DNA of 32,000 nt, from NCBI RefSeq assembly GCF_008065095.1, contig NZ_CP042911.1:3120001-3152000 (forward strand), in the 5' to 3' direction. The notes under the pieces were generated by a model that worked only from the letters and a program-made list of their open reading frames with translations, was not told the DNA's origin and did no database searches. This document shows positions 8,829 through 16,451 of the stretch, in pieces (positions within the stretch are counted from its first letter, which is position 1; the number at the start of each line of letters is the position of its first letter). The stretch comes from Gemmata obscuriglobus. GTDB lineage: Bacteria > Planctomycetota > Planctomycetia > Gemmatales > Gemmataceae. The position numbers were made by a program, and so were the translations under genes.

Positions 8829-9031
8829 ATGCTTGTGCCACAAGACCAGCTTCAGGCGACCATGCGGACCGCTCAGAACACCGTTAGCAATTTCCTGGCC
8901 GGCGTTCAGTGGGGCGCGATCGAGGGGGAGGGGGCCGGGTGCCGGAGACACTCAGGTTGTTGAACGCGTCGATCTGGGACACGGCCGCGAAGATCAAGGC
9001 GCTGGGCGACCTGGAGCGGCACCGCGTTTGA
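8829..9031 (+). pseudogene. Frameshifted, N-terminally truncated paralogue of the C-terminal module of the 12244-12786 protein
   Basis: From ATG 8829 the frame reads MLVPQDQLQATMRTAQNTVSNFLAGVQWGAIEGEGA and then runs into a stop at 8961-8963. Homology to the paralogue continues in the -1 frame as PETLRLLNASIWDTAAKIKALGDLERHRV, ending at TGA 9029-9031. The 1-nt length difference relative to 12521-12690 maps to the G-run region GAGGGGGAGGGGGCC (about 8920-8940). A sequencing error cannot be excluded. Confidence 0.6.
8851..9019 (+). repeat. Dispersed direct repeat, copy 1 (169 nt) of the module also present at 12521-12690
   Basis: Hand alignment starts at TTC(A/G)GGCGACCATGCGGACC and ends at GGCGACCTGGAGCGG in both copies. 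Roughly nine of ten bases are identical, with one 1-nt indel. Confidence 0.85.
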
Positions 9032-9032
9032 G

Positions 9033-9470
9033 GTGTATTTCCCGTCCGCCGGTCCCGGCTCTGCCGATGACCTGGACGCCCCGCCGGTTCCGCTTATTGG
9101 TGCCGTGCGTGGCACGGTTCTGGTGGTCGAAGACGACGACCGGGTGCGCCGGTTCACCCGCGGCACGCTCCAAAAGCTCGGGTGTACCGTTCTGGACGCG
9201 CCCAGTGGTGAGGAAGCACTGCGACTGTGCGAGACGCCGGGCCTGACGATCGATTTGCTCGTCACGGACGTGGTCATGTCGGGGCTGAGCGGGCGCGAAC
9301 TGGCCGAAGCGGTGGCGCGGACGCGTCCCGGGATCAAGGTGCTGTACGTGAGCGGGTGCACGGACGACGCGGTCCTGCGGCACCGTGTGCGGTCGACGCA
9401 GGTGAGGTTTCTCCAGAAGCCGTTCACCGCGGACACGCTGGCGGAGAAAGTTCGCGCGGCTTTGGGATGA
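9033..9470 (+). CDS. Single-domain CheY-like response regulator (receiver only)
   Basis: Receiver signature residues: VLVVEDDD (acidic pair), LLVTDVVMSG (phospho-acceptor Asp), LYVSG, QKPF (Lys). No output domain. The start is uncertain: GTG 9033 lies 1 nt after the stop of the upstream fragment, and GTG 9105 (VRGTVLVVEDD) is an alternative. Confidence 0.85.
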   Translation: MYFPSAGPGSADDLDAPPVPLIGAVRGTVLVVEDDDRVRRFTRGTLQKLGCTVLDAPSGEEALRLCETPGLTIDLLVTDVVMSGLSGRELAEAVARTRPGIKVLYVSGCTDDAVLRHRVRSTQVRFLQKPFTADTLAEKVRAALG

Positions 9471-9474
9471 ACGC

Positions 9475-9502
9475 GGCCCTTCGGAACAGGTTCCGACGGG
9501 CC
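9475..9502. terminator. Imperfect palindrome between convergent genes; candidate bidirectional terminator hairpin
   Basis: GGCCCTTCGGAAC (9475-9487) pairs with GTTCCGACGGGCC (9490-9502), giving 12 of 13 positions paired. It sits between stop codons at 9468-9470 (+) and 9513-9515 (-). No U-tract. Confidence 0.35.
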
Positions 9503-9512
9503 GGCCTCGGGG

Positions 9513-11978
9513 TCAACTCACGCTGATCCCGCCCGAACCGTTGCCTTCCCACGCGAAGAACGACTTCTTAATTTGGCCGCTCGAGGCGTCGTAGTACTGG
9601 ATGTGGTTCTGGCCGCCCGACCCGGCCCCAACGATGACGTTGCCGCCGTTGGCCTCGGTGTACCCCACATCCACGCCGCCACGGAACCCGGGGTCGAAGG
9701 CCAGGAACGTGCGCTTCAGTTGCCCGGTGCGCCCGTCATACTGCGCGACCCGGGGTTCGCCCCCGACACCGGCGCCGGCCACGATCTCGGCCTTCCCGTC
9801 GCCGTCCACATCGCCGACCGCCAGCGTTACCCCGCCCCGGAACTCGGGCGCGAACGCCATGAAGCTGAGTTTGGTCGTTCCGGTGGCCCCGTCGAACACC
9901 TTCACATGCGGTCCGGCCCCGGGGCCTGCGCCCACCACGATCTCGTCGAACCCGTCGCCGTCCACGTCCCCGGCCGCCACCGTCACCCCGCCTCTAAAGC
10001 CCTGATCGAACGCAAAGAAGCTCTTGAGTTCGGTCCCGGTGAGGGCGTCGAACGCCTTCACGTGCGGGCTGTTGCCGGTCGCCGCGCCGACGATGATGTC
10101 TTCGTACCCGTCGCGGTTCAGGTCCCCGACCGCCACCGTTACCCCGCCCTTGAACCCCTCGTCGAACGCCATGAAGCTGCGGATCAGTTGTCCGGTCGCG
10201 CCGTCGAACACCTCTACGTGCGGCGCGGCCCCGGCCCCGGCCCCGACGATGATGTCATCCACCCCGTCGCCGTTCAGGTCACCGGTGGCGACCCGCACCC
10301 CGCCCTTGTACCCTTCGGCGAACGCGAGGAAGTTGAACCGCACCGATCCGTCCGGGTTGTACACCGTCACCCGCGGCGCGGACCCGAACCCGGCCGCCCC
10401 GGCACTCAAGCGCAGGCGCGAGCCGTCGGTCGGGACGCCCGGGCCGGTCGGCGTGCCTGCTCCAGGCCCAGGGAGCGGCGTGAACCCGCCCCCGCCCCCG
10501 CCGCTAGACGGAACTGTAACGTTCAGGTTCACACCGCTGGAAGTGAGCTGCAGCGGGTTCAACGTTACGTTCGTCGCGATGGTGCCGGCCGTCCCACCGG
10601 GCGGTACGACGACCGCGACACGGAATGTCGAGCCGAGGTTGGACACGGAAAGGCCGCTGAGCGTGAAGTTCCCGTTCGCATCGGTTTTGATCGCGACCTC
10701 GGTCGGGTCGAGCTGGCCGTTACTGTTGGCGTCGATGTAAACGGTGGCGTTGGCCAGGCCGGTGCCGGTGGCCAAGTTCACCACCCGGCCGCTTATAGAC
10801 CCGTTAACCGAGATGATGGAGCCCGCGGGTGGGGTGGACGTAACCGGTTGCAAAACAGACAGCAACGTGCCCGACGACAGAAGTCCTGAAACGGCCGGCG
10901 CGACACCCTGGTAGAAGTTCTGGAGTCCGGGGAGCAACCCGCTCGTGAGGGACGAGATGCCCGCAACCGTGTTGTTCAGGAAGTTGTTGTCGCTGATGAC
11001 GGTGGCCGCGCTCAGGTTCAGCAGCGAGCCGAGTGAGACCCCGATCCGGTTACCCGCGAACTGGTTATTTACGATGTCCGTTGGTGGGGTGGAGAGCAGG
11101 GTGCCGTTAATGGCTACGCCGGCCGAGTCGGTTATTCCCGACGCCCCGGTGAATCCCGTGAGCACGTTTCCGCGGACCGTTATGCCTCCAGATTGGTCGG
11201 CACCGACCCCGACGTTGACCCGCAACCCGGCGCCTTGGCCCGTGAGCGTGCTCCCGAGCACCGAGCCGGTGGCATCGGCGCCGCGGAACACGACCGCGTG
11301 AGTGCCGATGTTTTGGAGGGTCGAAGCGTTTACGGTCACGTTGCCACCGCCCACGTACACGCCAACACCTGCTGTTGTCGCCGTGCCGCCCGCGGTGCCG
11401 ACGTTCTGGACGCGCACATCGTTGAGCAAGCTCGTGGCCGCGGGCGCGGTCCCCGTGTCGGTGAATTTCAGCAGTACCGGTACATCGACGCCCGATCCGG
11501 AGCCGCCGTCGAGGGTCAGCGAGCCGACATTGAGGGTGACACCGCGGTTCACCAGTACGGTCGCGGAAGTGTCGCTCGTCGGGCTGGCCCCGCCGGTCGT
11601 GGTGTTCACGCCGGCCTTGATCGTGGTCGCCCCCTGGCCGAACCCGGTCAGGTTAAGGCTTTTTGTGACGCCGAGCTGCGGAACGGAGAGTGTGAACGTC
11701 CCGGGGCCGACGCGGACCGTGTTCGATGGGTCGAGGTTCGTGTTCGCAGCTTGCACCGCCGATTCGACGGTATCGAACACGTTTGTACCGAAGGTACCGT
11801 CGGTTATCTGGTTTCCGGGTAGTGACACTCGTACCGTGTCGCCGACGCTCAGCCCGGCCGGGCCGGTGTCGTTGAGGACGGTCAGCGAGCTGGTCGGCGA
11901 GACCCACAGTTGCGCCGGATTGAAACGGTCCTCAAGGAGCGACAGTTCGGGACGGAAGCGAGGGCGGATCTTCGACAT
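9513..11978 (-). CDS. Secreted or surface protein: right-handed beta-helix region, CarboxypepD_reg-like module, Gly-rich linker, FG-GAP/VCBS beta-propeller
   Basis: AGGAA lies upstream of ATG 11978. The N-terminus is MSKIRPRFRPELSLLEDRFNPA. Gly/Asn/Thr/Val-rich beta-helix-type repeats cover aa ~100-345 (about nt 10944-11681). The stretch ISGRVVNLATGTGLANATVYIDANSNGQLDPTEVAIKTDANGNFTLSGL lies at about nt 10599-10802, followed by GGGGGG. Five to six ~50-aa repeats of form F(L/M/F)AF..(G/E)F(K/R)GGV.VA.GD(L/V)(N/D).DG..(D/E)I(I/V)VGAG....P.V..(F/Y)D..(T/S)G cover aa ~520-821 (nt 9516-10421). Confidence 0.88.
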   Translation of the reverse strand: MSKIRPRFRPELSLLEDRFNPAQLWVSPTSSLTVLNDTGPAGLSVGDTVRVSLPGNQITDGTFGTNVFDTVESAVQAANTNLDPSNTVRVGPGTFTLSVPQLGVTKSLNLTGFGQGATTIKAGVNTTTGGASPTSDTSATVLVNRGVTLNVGSLTLDGGSGSGVDVPVLLKFTDTGTAPAATSLLNDVRVQNVGTAGGTATTAGVGVYVGGGNVTVNASTLQNIGTHAVVFRGADATGSVLGSTLTGQGAGLRVNVGVGADQSGGITVRGNVLTGFTGASGITDSAGVAINGTLLSTPPTDIVNNQFAGNRIGVSLGSLLNLSAATVISDNNFLNNTVAGISSLTSGLLPGLQNFYQGVAPAVSGLLSSGTLLSVLQPVTSTPPAGSIISVNGSISGRVVNLATGTGLANATVYIDANSNGQLDPTEVAIKTDANGNFTLSGLSVSNLGSTFRVAVVVPPGGTAGTIATNVTLNPLQLTSSGVNLNVTVPSSGGGGGGFTPLPGPGAGTPTGPGVPTDGSRLRLSAGAAGFGSAPRVTVYNPDGSVRFNFLAFAEGYKGGVRVATGDLNGDGVDDIIVGAGAGAAPHVEVFDGATGQLIRSFMAFDEGFKGGVTVAVGDLNRDGYEDIIVGAATGNSPHVKAFDALTGTELKSFFAFDQGFRGGVTVAAGDVDGDGFDEIVVGAGPGAGPHVKVFDGATGTTKLSFMAFAPEFRGGVTLAVGDVDGDGKAEIVAGAGVGGEPRVAQYDGRTGQLKRTFLAFDPGFRGGVDVGYTEANGGNVIVGAGSGGQNHIQYYDASSGQIKKSFFAWEGNGSGGISVS

Positions 11979-12243
11979 GGCGTATTCCTACTGGGTACGA
12001 CTGAGCAACCCGACGACATGAACCGACTGCGGCCATCGGGTGAGGTAATGTGGATCAACCCTAGATCCGCCACCGGAGCCGCGGTGTCAGGCAAAACCCC
12101 GGATTCGGTACGAGTTCGGTACAGATTTGTCGCAGGGTGATTAGCGGGTTAATCCTGACGCCGGAACCCGGGAGGCTACTCTACGGTTCCGTTACCCCGG
12201 ACCTGTTCGGGAACGATCGGGTGCGCGCGCACGAGGGTTTGAA

Positions 12244-12786
12244 ATGAGATCGCTCCAGTGGTTTCCGTGTACGATCACCGCGGCGCTCGTTACGGCCGCA
12301 GGGGCGGTTACGGTTGCGGCCACCGGTGTGGACATCGTTCACGTGGAGTTCTTCGCGCGCGACACGAGCCCGGTTCACAAGTGGGACGAACTGGTGCTCG
12401 CGCTGGGCCTTCTCGTTACCGGGTTCGCGGTCGATCGCGCGGCCGCGGTCCTGCGGCTCCGGCGGGCCGCCGAGCGCGACCGGCTCGAGGCCGCCCGCCA
12501 GGCCGAGCGGGTGGACGTGCTTCGGGCGACCATGCGGACCGTTCAGGACATCGTTAACAATTTCCTGGCCGGCGTGCAGTGGGTCGCGATCGAGGGGGAA
12601 GGGGTGCTGGCGCCGGAGACGCTCAAGTTGCTGAACGCGTCGATCTGGGACACGACCGCGAAGATCAAGGCGCTGGGCGACCTGGAGCGGGTGGACGAGG
12701 AGGCGATGGCGATCGGAAACGGCGTCTCTATTGACCCATCCGGCGCGGCGCCGGCCGTGTCGCGAGAGTGCGAGTTCCGATCATGA
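12244..12786 (+). CDS. Small membrane protein: 2 TM helices, R/A-rich coiled-coil linker, DHp-like helical hairpin lacking the phospho-acceptor His, no ATPase domain
   Basis: GAGGG lies upstream of ATG 12244. Hydrophobic segments are ITAALVTAAGAVTVAATGV and LVLALGLLVTGFAV. The linker reads LRLRRAAERDRLEAARQAERVDVL. The conserved module is ATMRTVQDIVNNFLAGVQWVAIEGEGVLAPETLKLLNASIWDTTAKIKALGDLERV. The functional label is my inference from motif resemblance only. Confidence 0.75.
   Translation: MRSLQWFPCTITAALVTAAGAVTVAATGVDIVHVEFFARDTSPVHKWDELVLALGLLVTGFAVDRAAAVLRLRRAAERDRLEAARQAERVDVLRATMRTVQDIVNNFLAGVQWVAIEGEGVLAPETLKLLNASIWDTTAKIKALGDLERVDEEAMAIGNGVSIDPSGAAPAVSRECEFRS
12521..12690 (+). repeat. 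Dispersed direct repeat, copy 2 (170 nt, intact reading frame)
   Basis: Aligns to 8851-9019 on the same strand, 3670 nt downstream. Confidence 0.85.
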
Positions 12787-12804
12787 AACCGGTCGCCGCG
12801 CCGG

Positions 12805-13476
12805 TCATCCCTCTGCGGGCTTAGCGCCCTCGACCGGTGTGGCGCCCAGGAGCCCCGCCTCGAGTCCGTAGCGCACGTAGTCCGCACGCGTTTTCAGGCC
12901 GGTCTTCTCGCGGAGCCGCGCCCGGTACGTCTCGACCGTTTTGACGCTCAAGAACAACTGGTCGGCGATCTCCTGGTGCGTCAGGCCCTTGACGAGCAGT
13001 TCGAGCACCTCGGTTTCCCGGCGGCTGAGCTGCGACCGCTCGGCGGGCGGGGGCGGTCCTCCCAGAACGTCACCGAGGGCCGGGTCGATGACGCGCGCGC
13101 CGGTTGCGACGGCGCGGATCGCGGCGAGCAGGTCCGGGGACGGGGTGGTTTTGAGGAAGTACCCGGCGGCGCCGGCCGCGAGCGCGCTGCGCACGTAGGC
13201 GGGGTCGTTGTGCATGGTGAGCACCAGCACCCGCGTGCGCGGCGCGAGCTGGGTCACGCGGGTGATGGTCGTCGCGCTGCCCCACCCGGGCATCGACAGG
13301 TCCAGGCAGAGCACGCGCGGTTCGGTGGCCCGAACGCAGTCGACGGTCTCCGTGCCGGACGCGGCCTCGCCGACCACCTCGAGATCGGGCTGCGCGCTGA
13401 TCAGCGCGCGCAGCCCCTCCCGCAGGATGACGTGGTCGTCTGCCAGGACGATACGTGTTCGGGGCACTTGAATCAC
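12805..13476 (-). CDS. NarL/FixJ-family response regulator (receiver plus LuxR-type HTH)
   Basis: The GTG start at 13476-13474 overlaps the upstream kinase stop TGA (13475-13473) as GTGA. The longer ORF to 13647 is R-rich and overlaps the kinase, so I rejected it. Motifs: [22 protein letters not shown]; HTH region [36 protein letters not shown]. Confidence 0.9.
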   Translation of the reverse strand: MIQVPRTRIVLADDHVILREGLRALISAQPDLEVVGEAASGTETVDCVRATEPRVLCLDLSMPGWGSATTITRVTQLAPRTRVLVLTMHNDPAYVRSALAAGAAGYFLKTTPSPDLLAAIRAVATGARVIDPALGDVLGGPPPPAERSQLSRRETEVLELLVKGLTHQEIADQLFLSVKTVETYRARLREKTGLKTRADYVRYGLEAGLLGATPVEGAKPAEG

Positions 13477-14846
13477 TCCGGTAACGGGAGCCGCACGTCG
13501 AGCGCGGTGCCGCGGCCGACGGTCGAGTCGATTCGGCACGCGCCGCCGAGGACGGCGGCGCGCTCTTTGATTCCTGTCAGCCCGATGCCGCCCCCGGGGC
13601 CGGGCACGAACCCGATCCCGTCGTCGGTGACGGACGCCCGCGCCCACCCGGGGCCGGTCTCGAGCACTACATCGACGGTCCGCGCGCGGGCGTGCTTGGC
13701 CACGTTGGCCAGCGCCTCCTGGACGATCCGGTACAGCGCCGATTCGATCTCGGCGGGCAGTCGCGGGACCGCCCCGTCCGGCACGAGCAGTTCCGCGCGC
13801 ACGCCGTGAACGCGGGTGAACACTTCGGTCAGCCGCTCGAGCGCGGGCACCAGGCCCAGGTCGTCCAGCACCGCCGGGCGCAGGCCGTGGGCGAGCCGCC
13901 GGATCTCGTCCAGCGCGTCCGCCGCTACCCGACGGAGCCGCGCCACCCGCTCGTCGCCGTCCAGCCCCGCCATCCCGACGGTCAGCGAGACGAGCGACTG
14001 ACCGATCCCGTCGTGCAGCTCGCGGGCGATCCGCCGGCGCTCGTCTTCCTGCGCCGAAAGCACGCGCCGCAAAAGCTGCTTCCGCTCCTCCGCGCCGCGC
14101 GCCAGCTCCGTCACGTCGCGGACGACGGCGATCCAGGCGCCCGGTCGGACCGGGTCAACGGTTGCGAGGAGGTGCAAGTCTCGGGCCGGGTCGTGCCCGC
14201 GAAGCGGCGCGGCGGAGCCGTCCTGCTGTCGCGCCCGGATACCGACCCCGAGCCCGCCCGGAAATACGTCCGTTACGTTACGACCGACGAGCCCGCCCGG
14301 GCCGTCTCCGGCCGCCCGCCCCGCCGCGCGGTTCGCCTTGAGCACGGTCCCGGCGGCGTCGAGCACGAGCAGGGCGTCGGGGCACGCGTCGAACGTGGCG
14401 GCCCACTCGGACGCGATCTTCTCGAGCGCGCGCTCGCGGACCCGTGCCCGCGCCGCTTGCAGCGCCCGGGTGACCGCCCACACGAGCGCCCCCGGGTCGA
14501 CGGGCTTGGGCAGGTAGTCGAACGCGCCGCTCTTCATGCCTGCCACCGCGGCGCCGACGTCGGTCGTTCCGGTCAGCAGAATCGGTAGCACCGGGTTCTC
14601 GTCGGCGACGATCGCCGCGATCAGGTCGAGGCCCGTGCGGCCGGGCATGTTCAGGTCGATCAGGGCGACATCGTAAGTGTCGTGCGCGAGGCGGGCGAGC
14701 GCCGCGCCCACACTGGCGACCGCGTCCACCGTGTGGCCGAGCGGGCGGAGCACCTTGGCCACGAGCCGGCAGATGCCCTCTTCGTCGTCGACGGTGAGTA
14801 TCCGGCCGACCGGCGATCCGGACGAGACGGGGGGCGGATCAGGCAT
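13473..14846 (-). CDS. Soluble hybrid sensor histidine kinase: N-terminal receiver, PAS-like region, HisKA_3, HATPase_c
   Basis: Receiver: [30 protein letters not shown]-like stretch follows: [28 protein letters not shown]. HisKA_3 H-box: [19 protein letters not shown]. ATPase motifs: [28 protein letters not shown]. No TM helix is visible. Confidence 0.9.
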   Translation of the reverse strand: MPDPPPVSSGSPVGRILTVDDEEGICRLVAKVLRPLGHTVDAVASVGAALARLAHDTYDVALIDLNMPGRTGLDLIAAIVADENPVLPILLTGTTDVGAAVAGMKSGAFDYLPKPVDPGALVWAVTRALQAARARVRERALEKIASEWAATFDACPDALLVLDAAGTVLKANRAAGRAAGDGPGGLVGRNVTDVFPGGLGVGIRARQQDGSAAPLRGHDPARDLHLLATVDPVRPGAWIAVVRDVTELARGAEERKQLLRRVLSAQEDERRRIARELHDGIGQSLVSLTVGMAGLDGDERVARLRRVAADALDEIRRLAHGLRPAVLDDLGLVPALERLTEVFTRVHGVRAELLVPDGAVPRLPAEIESALYRIVQEALANVAKHARARTVDVVLETGPGWARASVTDDGIGFVPGPGGGIGLTGIKERAAVLGGACRIDSTVGRGTALDVRLPLPE

Positions 14847-15060
14847 CTCGGCACCTCTCCGCGGCCCGGGCGGACCAGCTCACCACAGACAATATCCCAA
14901 GTGGCATACGAGGTCAAACCGATGTTGGCGCGTGCGGCGCCTCCAAGGCGCTCCGCGGCGGGCGGTTTGGGGAGTTTCCCTTACGCCGCCGCGGCCGCCG
15001 CGCACCTAGGGTTACCGCGTCGGGCCGCCCCGCTTTCAGCCACCTGACCGGTCACCGCCT

Positions 15061-16353
15061 ATGCGCACGCTCCTCGTCGGCCCGTCCTGGCAGCACACGG
15101 TGCTCGACCGCCTGGCCGGTCTGCTCCGCTCGCACCACGGGTTCAACTACATCGACCGGACGCCGTTCGAGCAGGCGGCGCCGTTCTTCCAGGAATCGCC
15201 GGTGGAGCTGGTGTTCCTGGTGCTGCCGGCCGACCGGGCCGCGGACGCGCTCCGGGCCGTCGGCGCGCTGGCCGCGGCCGGCGCCCGGGTCCTGGTGGTC
15301 GGCCCCGCGACCGACCCGAAGCTGATCCTTAGCGTGCTCCAGGAGGGCGCGGAGCGGTTCCTCGACCAGCAGGAGCTGGAACCGGACCTCGCCAGCGTCC
15401 TGGCCCGGCTGACTCCGCAGCTCAAGGCCGAGCCGCGGCACCTGATCGCGGTGCTGTCGGCGTCCGGCGGGTGCGGGGCCAGCACGGTCGCGGTGAACGC
15501 GGCGGTGCTGCTGGCCCAGCGGCACGGGCGGTGCAACCTGGTGGACCTGAACCCGGTCAAGGCGGACCTGGCCCCGCTGCTGGACCTGAAGCCGCAGTAC
15601 ACGCTCGCCGACCTGTGCGTGAACGAGACCCGGCTGGACCGGACGCTGTACGAGAAGCTGCTGACGCCGCACGCGTCGGGCGTCGCGCTGCTGGCCGGGC
15701 CGCGCACCCCCGAGGAAGCAAGGCAGCTCACGACCGCTGGCGTCGCGGAGGCCGTCACCCGGGCCGGCGAGGCGTTCGCCCACGTGGTTGTGGACCTGGA
15801 GGACTACTTCCACGACGAGCAGACCGATGTGCTGGACCGCGCCACCCGGGTGCTCGTGGTGTGCCGGCTCGATTTCACCGCGGTGCGGAACGCCCGGCGC
15901 ATCATCGACGCGCTGGTGGCGCGGGGCGTGCCGCGGTCCCGCGTTGAAGTGGTCGTCAACCACGCCGGGCTGCCCAACGAGCTGCCGCTGGGCGACGCCG
16001 AGGCCGCGCTCGGGGGGCCGGCGGCGCACGTCCTGCCGAGCGACCCGCACACCATGAACATGGCCGCGAACACGGGCGTCCCGGCCGCGGTGCAGGCGCC
16101 GGACGCCGAAGTGGTGCGGCGGGTCGCGCGGCTGGCGGGGCTGACCGTTGCGGACCAGCGGGTCGGCGCGGTCGGCCGGTTCACGGCCCTGTGCCGCGGG
16201 TTCGCCCAGCGGGTGCTCCGGCACCCGCAAGCCGCGGCCGAGACGCCCGCCCCGATCCTCCCGTACCCGCAGTCGCAAACCGACACGAGGGCCGACCAGG
16301 GGCCGCTCGCGGGGCCGGTCCGTGTCCCCCGGGCGCAAGCCGGCGCCGGTTGA
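15061..16353 (+). CDS. cpaE: CpaE/TadZ-like pilus assembly protein (pseudo-receiver plus ParA/MinD-like domain with degenerate Walker A)
   Basis: The N-terminal ~120 aa are receiver-like but lack the acidic pocket (LLVGPS in place of DD). Next comes IAVLSASGGCGASTVAVN (motif at 15463-15486), where CpaE-type proteins have KGGVGAST. It sits directly upstream of cpaF. No obvious SD precedes ATG 15061. Confidence 0.8.
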   Translation: MRTLLVGPSWQHTVLDRLAGLLRSHHGFNYIDRTPFEQAAPFFQESPVELVFLVLPADRAADALRAVGALAAAGARVLVVGPATDPKLILSVLQEGAERFLDQQELEPDLASVLARLTPQLKAEPRHLIAVLSASGGCGASTVAVNAAVLLAQRHGRCNLVDLNPVKADLAPLLDLKPQYTLADLCVNETRLDRTLYEKLLTPHASGVALLAGPRTPEEARQLTTAGVAEAVTRAGEAFAHVVVDLEDYFHDEQTDVLDRATRVLVVCRLDFTAVRNARRIIDALVARGVPRSRVEVVVNHAGLPNELPLGDAEAALGGPAAHVLPSDPHTMNMAANTGVPAAVQAPDAEVVRRVARLAGLTVADQRVGAVGRFTALCRGFAQRVLRHPQAAAETPAPILPYPQSQTDTRADQGPLAGPVRVPRAQAGAG

Positions 16354-16451
16354 GCGCGGCGCCGAGGCGGTTCGTAAGTCTCCAGGCGCGACCGGCGCCT
16401 CTGATGGCGGCCGGCGGCCGGGCGCCCCGCTCCCCGACACCAAGACCGACC

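Noticed and set aside
8920-8945. Programmed -1 ribosomal frameshift joining the two frames of the module fragment
   Set aside because: There is no X-XXY-YYZ slippery heptamer at the junction and no obvious downstream pseudoknot or hairpin at the right distance. A simple 1-nt deletion in a G-run, or a sequencing error, is more parsimonious.
12022-12243. Possible small RNA or tRNA in the 222-nt divergent intergenic region, including the short direct repeat TTCGGTAC x2 near 12105-12125
   Set aside because: No tRNA cloverleaf or conserved riboswitch-like motif could be built by eye. The repeat is only 8 nt. The region is most simply a pair of divergent promoter regions.
14847-16451. Search for a hidden Flp pilin gene in the gaps 14847-15060 and 16354-16451 and in other short gaps of the tad region
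   Set aside because: The only small ORF (MLARAAPPRRSAAGGLGSFPYAAAAAAHLGLP...) lacks the Flp G/xxxxEY processing motif and the hydrophobic helix. No candidate was found.
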